Assembly: GCF_006345805.1 (NCBI RefSeq)
Contig: NC_042998.1
Location: 125,364,001-125,428,000, forward strand
Source: Octopus sinensis
Taxonomy: Eukaryota
Length of the DNA stretch: 64,000 nucleotides
Direction of reading: 5' to 3'
In this document: one piece after another, positions 49,629 through 60,200 of the stretch
Layout of the letters: every line of letters starts with the position of its first letter
How positions within the stretch are numbered: position 1 is the stretch's first letter
The notes under the pieces: model-generated
Seen by the model: the letters and a program-made list of their open reading frames with translations, nothing else
The model's database searches: none
What the model was told of the DNA's origin: nothing
Made by a program: the position numbers and the translations under genes

Positions 49629-52481
49629 TGCATATATACATATATATATGTACATACACACAAATATATATAGCAAATCAAAACAGGAGAGTTAGTTCAT
49701 AATATTTTTGTTACATTATCTTACATCTATTTCATTAACAATGAAAACCATATTATATAAGGAAAAATTATTGGTAGATTCTATGGTCAAATCTTCAGAA
49801 GCTGCGTAACTCTCATTAGTAACATTTTAAATTTAAATCAGGCAAGACTGCATTTAAGCAGAGGGATGGACAAACAGAAACAAACTCAACATATATAATT
49901 GTCATTGGTCTTTCACTTGACAGTAGTTGCAGCAGTCCAGACCAATAGGGAACCAGTCTATGGGCTAAATGGTTGACAGTTTTGGGCTCCATTTTTATAT
50001 TACTAATAATTCTTCTTCTTAGAAGACAACTACCAATTCCTAACTAAAAAGCAAGTGTAGAATTAAGAGAAAATAAAGGCCTAATTTCACACCTAAACAC
50101 TCATACAAGTATTTGGATTCAAGCTCCAAAATAATCTTTGTTGTCCATCATTATTTCTACTCAACCAGTCTTCTTTTATCAAAGAACAGTTTTTATCATC
50201 AAGATTCTATTTTCAGAAAAATGAGCGAATTCTTGGAATTGTATTTTTTTATATTGAGGATGTACACATGCTTCACTGATAGTGTCAATGTTACCCTAAC
50301 ATATTTGTTGCTTATTGTGATACCCATGATTCTTGCTTTACTACTACTATAATGGTCTCTGCTCCTCACAGATGGCTGGTTTTATACCACCTTCACTCAA
50401 GCATCTCCAACCCACATATCTTTCTACTTCTTGTTACACTTGTTGCATCTAATCCCACTGGATTTGCGCTAACCACTATACCTAATCTTTTCTCCCTAAA
50501 ACATTGGTTCTTTGACTCTCTTCCCTGCTTATGTCTTTCTTGCAGGTGTTGAACTGCAACAGTTTAAAGAACATCAACAGCATCAACTTCACTGTTCTTG
50601 GAGGGCTTACAGCAGTCATGGGTACAGCCCCTTTCACCAGATTCAGCAAATATAAAAACCATATATATATATATACAGTTTCATCTCTAGTTCAAATTTA
50701 CAATGAAATACAAGCAATGGACTTGAGCTCAAAATCTATGAGCTGATAGTACAGCATATCCACACAGTTATTTCAGTTTTATATAATTTCTTAGGAATCC
50801 TATATACTGCAGGTGCTTATTTCTCCAGAGTCACTGAGAGGTGTTCAGTTCCTTTGCCTTGAGACACAGTCAAAAAGGAATGAGACAAATAATCTAAAAA
50901 CTCAGCTATCCTCTTGCAAGGCACATTAACCAACTACAAAATGGTGACATGAGTGAGAAATGATCCCCAGCTACTGACTCATACAGAAGGTACATACACA
51001 TTCACATACATGTATATACTTACATATGCACATACATAAACACATACACATAAATACATACACACAAATACATATACATACATACATACATACAAACATA
51101 TATACACATACATACAAGAAAGATGTATGTATATATATATTTATGTATGTACATGTATATGAACGATAATGTGTGTGTGTGTGTGTGCATGCACGCACAC
51201 ACATGTGAGCACATACAAGCATGTGTTTTACTTTTCACTTCCCTCACAGACTTGAAAGGCAAATGTCAGCTTCAACAGGACATGAAAACAAAAGTAAATA
51301 GATAAAAATTCTTTATGGAAATTGCCAAACAATCAGCTGTTCATTTTGACATATATAATACTTTAACCGAAAGAATGCTGATAGTGGATTCTACTAAAGG
51401 TACCCAAGGTGGCAGGTAGTGGTGCTAAACCAGGCAATGGACTGAGTCTTCCACTCAAATAGACCATAGCAAGATTTGAATTCAGAATGCAAAGATCTGC
51501 AAGAAATACTACAGATTAACCATACTGGATTTGTACTTTTTTTATCAACCCCAAAAGGATGACAGGTAAATTTGAACTCAGAGCAGAGTCAAAACAAATA
51601 CTGCAAGGTATTTTATAAGATACTGCTAATTTGCCTCTTGATTTTGTCCATTCATAACCTGACTCTGCCAATTACCAAGCTCCTACCTATTTTTCACATT
51701 CAACACCCATGTTTCACAGTCAGAATCATATGACTTACACACTTTTTATACAGTTTGTCTTTCGCATGGAATATGAAGCACTTTACTGTCAACTAAAGAT
51801 ACAAACTGCTGACTACATACCCCATCATATCTTGGTTAGGATATAAATATTTAAAACTGCCTGCTCCCTCAAAACAGTGAACAGTGATTAGAAAATATAG
51901 ATGAAAAACAGAAAACAAAATTACTCACTCATTATAGAAAGGTTTTGATCGTAAGGATGGATATTTGGTATAAATTTCTTCAGAAAGACGTTTTTCAAGT
52001 TTAAGAATACGATTTGCCATTCCATCTCCCTTGGGTCAAAAAGATATTTTAGAATTACATGATATGTCTGCATATATATCATCATTATCTAATGTTCATT
52101 TTCCATGCTGGCATGTGAGTGTGTCCCATAATATATATCCTAACAACATGAAACCTATGGATCAAAATATATTTTGGCAAACCACCACAGAGAATTTTGA
52201 ATCTAAAAGAGAATGCATGAGATCAACAATTAGAGAATATTCATTTCAGGTTTTTACCTCTAAAATTCATTCACCACAAATCTAAGTATGTTAATATGGA
52301 GTAAATATATTAATTCATATACTTTTCAGTCTTTTCTCTAACTTTCATTGAAGATTTATCATCAAAACCTCTTAGAGGTGTGAACATTGATGCTTGAGCA
52401 AAAGAGCACAAAACCCAGCTATACAGGAGCCAATGGGACTGCAGTAAGAATCAAATTGCTAATACTTTAATTGCTAATTTA

Positions 52482-52531
<50 letters not shown>

Positions 52532-52585
52532 CTCTCCCTCCCTCCCTCCTCCCTCCCTCCCTCCCTCCCTCCCCCCCTCCTCTCG

Positions 52586-52670
<85 letters not shown>

Positions 52671-53289
52671 CACTCACTCACTCGATTGTTTCAGCCAAGA
52701 CTTAAATATGCTTGCATGCATCAAATAATCAATTTTACTAAGTTCTTAGCCAAAGCAAACATGAGAATTTTGCAGAATAATCCATTAAGTAATAAACTAT
52801 CAGGAAAAGCCTAGTGCCAGGAAATACCTTTAGATGCCAAGAAATAAAATCAATGCGTGTTTCCCTGTTTCCCGTAAAAAGGTTGGTGCCATGAACCACA
52901 TGATCTAAAAGACCAATTGCATATTTCTTGTGTCCTTTATGATGCTTCTTATAAAAACATCCATCACCAGGTCCACCAAATATCAACCTTTTGTCAGCTG
53001 CTCTTAGTCCTTCTGAAGAAGCATCATAATAATTGAGAAATCCTGAAAGAGAAAATTAAAATAATTGAAATCGTATTCTTGTCATTTGTCCACAATAAAA
53101 TTAACATTTGCATTGCATGATTAAGTCATAGGCACAGGAGTGGCTGTGTGGTAAGTAACTTACTTACCAACCACATGGTTCTGGGTTCCACTGTGTGGCA
53201 CCTTGGACAAGTCTCTTCTACTATAGCCTCAGGCCAACCAAAGCCTTGTGAGTGGATTTGGTAGATGGAAACTGAAGAAGCCCATCGTA

Positions 53290-53365
<76 letters not shown>

Positions 53366-56300
53366 GTTGTGTCTGTATTTGTTCCCCCAACATCGCTTGA
53401 CAACTGATGCTGGTGTGATTACGTCCCCGTAACTTAGCAGTTTGGCAAAAGAGACCGATAGAATAAGTACTAGGCTTACAAAGAATAATTTGCTTGACTA
53501 AAGGCAGTGCTCCAGCATGGCCACAGTCAAATTACAGGAACAAGTAAAAGAGTAAAAGAGAAAAGAGAGAGATCTCTCTTCAGATCCATTCATGTGTTTC
53601 TTAATTCTTTGAAGAATTACAATCTCACAAAACATTCATCAATTTTACAAAAGTTGTTTTAAATAAATCAAGATTATGTATTTAAAACTCCACAAACCTT
53701 TTACTGTCATATTCACAGCATCAAAATCATGACAATCTGGTTCATTCCAAGTCTCAAAATTCCAACGTCTCACATAGTCTATTCCATATTTCTCTAGTAT
53801 AAAGTCACAGACAAAAAAAGACAAATATTTATTTACCCTATGCAATAATAGTAAGATAAATAAAGTCAGCTGCTTAGTGTTCTGTCATCACAGATACCAT
53901 GTGATTTCAGAAAAAGCTAGAACGGAAGTTGTGATGTTCATATTTTCTTAATGGCATTAATTAGAAAGGTGAGGGAAACAGTAATGACCAACAATCAAAT
54001 CTAAACTGCAGAGTTGATTTTCTCAGGGTTTACTACAGTAGTTCTCCATTTATGAGTTGCAGCCCAAATTGGAATGCAGTATAACAGTTGCAAAAATAAA
54101 ACCATTTACTTTTGAAATATTTGATAAAGTGTAAAATGTCTTTGTTATACAAGGTCTACAACACAATTTTAGCTGCAAACAAAAGCTCAGAAATATTTCC
54201 CCAAGAAAAGTATTACATGTTAATCTTTAATAGAATTTGGGAAAATTATTGTTATGTTTCAGGATGGTCACTTTTTTTTTTCTTGCCAAATAAACACATG
54301 CACTATATATTCGTTCTCCACTCATTATTATTGTCCTTATTTTAACAAATTCATAAACGTTTTTGAAAACTGTTTTTTATCTAAATTTTTTAAAATTTAT
54401 ATGTAAATATTAAAATCCACTATGGAGGATTGCTGATTTACCACAATGGGTTGTGATGGTAAATAGTTTGGAACCACTGACCAATACAAAAATCATATAA
54501 TATTTCTTATTAAAAGAAAAGAAAAAATGAAAAATCTGTAAAAAGTAAAAGTGTTATTTCTACTAAACAAGATGAAGAAATAACCTCACACTCAGAAAAT
54601 AGTTTTTAATGTAGAAAACAACCTTTGTGTTAATAAAATTTGTTAGTGCTAGTGTACTAACAAAAGTATCTATGCTACGTAAGAACCCCCCATGCCAGTG
54701 TCACAAGAAAAGCATGTAAGGACCACGTATGCATGGGGACGAGAATAGCTCTTTAGTACATCACACAGTCGATACAATAAATATATATTGAATAGTACAT
54801 ATAAGTGCCAGAGAGAATATGGAGACACAACTGCATAGAATGATTAAGAGAAGATTTATTGATATAATAACGTGTGTCTGTGTGTGCGTCATATATACAG
54901 AATAATAGACAGGCTGTTGTGAGAAGAATGTGTATGTGGGTACAGGATGTGTGTGCGTATTGTGTGGCAGCGGCACTGGAACTGGTTGTGTCCACATAAC
55001 CAGTGACTTGACCTTAAAAGGTCAGGAACCAAAGACATGTAATAAGAAAAAAGCTGAGTTTTTATAAGGAGCAGTCAGCTCAGAAAGGGTTTAAAAGAGG
55101 TTGTTCATGTGATCCCATCTCTGACTGGCTATCCATGGTCAGTTGGTACAACAGAGGAGGAGACAAACTGTGCTAAAACCAACCAACCAGAGCAGTGGAC
55201 ACAATGGAATCCAAACAGCGACCAAAGGCCAGTTGGTCCCTACTACGTTCACATGCATGTATATATGGAGTCTACACTACAAACACCTGGACCAGTGCCA
55301 CATAAAAACATTCAAGGATAGTGGCACATAAAAAGCACCCAGTACACTCTGTAAAGTGGTTGGTGTTAGGAAGTGCATCAAGCTGTAGAAACCATGTCAA
55401 AACAAACAACTGGAGCCTGGGCAGCTCTTCAGCTTGCCAACCCCTGTCAAACCATCTAACCCATGCCAGTATAAAATGGTGATGACGATTATGGATAAAC
55501 TCCCTTGTTTTAGTCATAGATTATGAAAAGTTCTTCAGTGTTATTGTTTGGTTTTAGTTCCATGGTTTCTGTTCCATCACAAATTCTTCCAAATTAACTC
55601 TGAAGTTATGCATGATTATGTCTCCTATATCACTCCCTACAATGTTATTCATATTTCAAGGCATTTTACATAAATCTTCCCCCAAGTAAGTGTATCTAAG
55701 TGTAAATATTTCCTCTATAACTGTGTTCCTAACAACCATTAATGTACAACAATAGAAAATAATTACTGAGTTGTCATATTAGAGTAGCCTATAAGGTGGT
55801 GAGCTGGTAGAGTTGTGAGTACACCAGGCAAAATGCTAAGCAGCAGTTCATCTGTCATTACATTCTGAGTTCAAATTCCACTGGGTCGATAAAATGAGTA
55901 CCAGCAGAAGGGCTTCAGAGAAGAAACCCCATCTCAAGCAAGTATTTCAGCCCTTAACTTCTGACACTCTAAGGGAGCTGGGCCACATCATGATTCGTTG
56001 ATGCTCTTCTGTTGACACTTTCTTACAGTAATTTACTAATTAAATTCAATAATTTAATTGGCAAATTACAGCACTATTGGATTTTTGACTAGCAATCATC
56101 CTTAGGTGATTTTTGACTAACAATCATCCTTAGGTGATTTTTGACTAGCAATCATCCTTAGGTGATTTTTGACTAACAATCATCCTCAGGTGAGCTGAGA
56201 CTGTAATCAAGCTCCCAATTCCTGGTTGAAAACAATTCACTTCACTTAAGCAACCAATGGCTTTGAAGAAAACATGACTTCTCTTTCCAATCTCATTTCT

Positions 56301-57238
56301 TTTCTTAATGAATTTATTGTCTTAAATTTGTGTAAAAAAACATAACTAGTACTTACTTATGTATCTTTCAGCTGTAGCTTTCACAAGATCACGCCAGAAA
56401 ACCACTTGAGTTTTATTTTCAAAATCAGTAAAAAAATTTGACAAACTACCCATTAGCTCAAACCCAGGTTTTAATCCATTTTTATATAGCTTATCAATGA
56501 GTTGATCAAGCCAATGGAAATCATATTGTAGTGGATGTTGTCTGAAAAAAATTTTGCATATAAGCCAATTAATGAAAAATAGTATTTACCAATACATATT
56601 GTCTTCAGTAAATATATACTGATTCCTACAATAGGTGGATAATTTTTTTACTGTTTATACATCCATTGTTTTATGTTTAAAATATGTTATGTTCTAATAC
56701 AGAATTATTAAGTTGGATTACATTACTCGAATGCAAGCCAATAACGGAGTCAATATGTGAGTAAATACAATGTAATATATACTCAAAAATACATGCTGAT
56801 TTTTAAAAAAAAAGCAGAACCTAAAGATCCACATGCAAAAAGTATCACGCCTCTTACGAAACAAACCAGTATGCAAATTAGAAGGTAGTCAAAAGTTTAA
56901 AAGGACATGAGGTGAATGCACGAAATAAAGCAGAGTCACTAAACTTAGTTCGATACTTAATCAGAACATAAAATTCAATTAGAGCAATATAACAAAATAT
57001 TAATGCTTTTTTTTTTTCCATATTGTAAAAAATACATATGAAACTAAGGGTCAGTGCTTAACTCTGGTTCCTCAATCTGAAACAAATGACCCTATACAAA
57101 ATGCTTATCTAAGTTTGATAACACTCCCAGCTAGGTAAACATACATACATATATATATATATACAATTGCAGCCTTTTGTTTATGTTTCAGCACACGATC
57201 TCAGATCAGGTCACTTGCTATGCAAGTACATCTCTGTA

Positions 57239-57278
<40 letters not shown>

Positions 57279-60200
57279 GAGGGGTGTTCATTAAAGATTT
57301 CCCCAGATCCACTTTCAGTTATTGCAGGAAATGGAACTTGTACAGGTATAATCATATATGTCTCTAGTATTTGTTTGTCTTTTATGGCAGCTGAAATGGA
57401 CTAAGGTGCTATTATGGAAGCAGTTGAATGCAGATCAGTGATCAGGTTCTTATACTTGAAAGTCATACACCAAAAGAGACTTTCGATGAGAGATGAAAGA
57501 AGTTTATGGTAATGATGCACCATCATACAATGCAGTCAAGCTCTGGCATTGCCAGTTCAAATGTGGTCAGACATAGATAAAAACTTCTCCTATTCCTGGA
57601 CATCCACATTCCACCATTGATGATAACACCATCCATAAAGTGGAAGCTGCCATTTTGGAGGATTGCTACATAACTATTTGGCAACTAGCCCAAGAAGTGA
57701 AGGTAAGTGTAGGATCCATGGAAAAAAAATCATTCACTACCATTTGCACATGCAGAAGTTGTCTACACGATGGATTCCCCAGATGCTCACACCTTTTCAG
57801 AAGCAGGAACGAGTCAGCTGCTTCTGGCTTTTTCGGCAAGGTGCCAAGAAAACAGGGAGGACATTTTTTAGCAGACTTATCACACAGGATGAAACATGGG
57901 TCCATCACTATAATCCTGAGTCAAAGCAATGGAAACATAACTCACCACCTCCAAAGAAGGCTCGTGTCCAACCCTCAAATGGCAAGGTGATGCTCACAGT
58001 CTTTTGGGACCAGTGCAGAGTAGTGATGACGGATTTTCTGAAGTAGTGGTGATGGATTTTTTATGCTTCTCTGCTGCAGAAATTGCGGGATGCTGTCAAA
58101 GCAGAGAGGCGTGGAATGCTGACCAAAGGAGTCCACCTCCTCCAAGACAACGCCCCAGTTCACAATGCACATGTTACCCTGATGAAAGCACACTTCTGTG
58201 GTTATGAAATCCTTCCTCATTCCCCTTACTCTCCCAACCTCACACCTCTGACTTCCACCCCTTTCCAACCATGAAGTCTTTTTTGAAGGGGAAGCATTTT
58301 CAGATGATGATGAACTTATTTCTGAGGTAAAGTCTTGGCTCCAAGCGCAACCTACTGACTTCTACAGACAAAGTCTTCACAGCTGCATTAAGCAATGGAA
58401 GAAGTGTGTCACCATTGGTGATGGCTATGTATAGAAGGACTAATAATTATGTCAAGTTTCATTTATCCCACTTCTTGGAAAGTGGGTCAGGAGAAATCTT
58501 TAATGAACACATCTTATACAGTTAAATATACAACCATTTCAAATAAATGCAGAGAACATGATGAACTGTTAAATCAATACCACATCCACTCAACCATTTT
58601 ACCTGCATATAGTTCCCATTGTTAACGTGGATAGAAAGGGTTTTGAAAATCTGACATTTGCTGTTCTTACTGTTAACCAGTCAACTGTGAAAGAGGAATG
58701 AATTCTATTTGAAAGCTAGATAGTTATGGGTAATATTTAAAGAAAACTTATAAAAACCCTATGTTAGATTTTGTTGCATATTGATCTACATGATTAAAAG
58801 GTTCACTTTACAACTTGGTTGTTTCAGGCTGAATCCTACTCTGCAACATCTTGAGCAAGAGTTTTCTCCACAGCCTCAGGTCTACCAAAGCCTTGAATGA
58901 GAAATTTGGAAGATAGAAACCAAGTAGAAGGCTTTTAAGATATTGTTCTTCCTTGTGTATGGTTCTTGGGTGGTGGACTTAATCCATAGCCTGGTTACAA
59001 AATACCTTGGGCAACTTTAACAGAGCCTATTCTACTGAAAACATCTCAATCTCCAGATTGAGAATACTTTCCTTCCACCAGTGATGGGGGCCATGAAAAG
59101 GGGCATGGGCCTTTCCTCTTCTGATATAAACAATTCTAAATTTTTAAAAATTAGTAAATAGATGCAAACAAATTAAAAATATATGTAAGACAATAATAAA
59201 AATTCAACTCACTTTGTAACTTGCACAAGATCTAACAACCAGTGTATACGCACTTGTTGAATGCCAGTGAATGGTAATGCACCAATGTAGGCCAAATTCT
59301 GATTCATGTCAGACCCCGTGTCATATTTATAAGCTTTTGCATGTGGTTTCGAAGGGCTGTTATATATATAAAAAAAAAATTCTTACAATTAATAAAATCC
59401 TGTTTGATACTGCTTCATTAAATATAATACTAATCATTGAAATATCTTACAGTTGGGGCCAAAATTCTGAATAAATTTATTCTTATCTTTATTCAGCATT
59501 AGGGTAGTTTGGGGACTTTTTATATTCATTTAAAAATGCTTCAAATAAACTAAAAGGTGCATTTCCATTTCATTAGGTTTAACATTTTATTATAAAAATT
59601 TGGAACTACAACAAAATAGGGAATGGGATATTCTTCAAAAGAGGGAGATAAACACAAGCTCCCATCAAGCTGAATAAGCTACTGGTATAATAAAAACTTA
59701 GGGACAGCCAACACCATGAAGAGCAGAAATATAGCTCAGGTGAAGCAACTAAGTAAGGAAACATATTAGATGGTTCCAGACATTTACACAGACAGCCAAA
59801 GGCAGACAAACAAGGACCACTGTCACCACAGGTGTTAGCATAGTTGACGTATATTTTGGGCTGACTGCATGCCATCACACATATATCTTTCTGTAATTTC
59901 AGAGCAATTGTCTCTCTCCTAGTCTGTAATTATTAATGTTATTAATTGTAAATAGTCGACACCAAGTATCCCAATGACCAGCAATAAATATTTCAGCTAA
60001 ATGTTCATGAGTTTTGCTTCAGTTAAAGAATTCTTATATAAATAGATGCATATTTGTCTGACTTCCTCAACTTACAGTAATCAACTGATGGTCTCTATGT
60101 AATTACCTGAAGGGAGTTAATTTGAAAGAAATATATTTCCATTTTACCAACCTCCAAGCAATCTATAGCAAAAACACCAACCACTCTGCCTGCAACACCA

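Noticed and set aside
49176-52673. YI/CV/RE-rich ORFs in the track (also at 16201, 38089, 41588)
   Set aside because: They are translations of microsatellites or low-complexity DNA.
56542-59212. Nested antisense SLC26A1-like gene, as in mammalian IDUA intron 2
   Set aside because: No transporter ORF is present; the intron holds a mariner and microsatellites.
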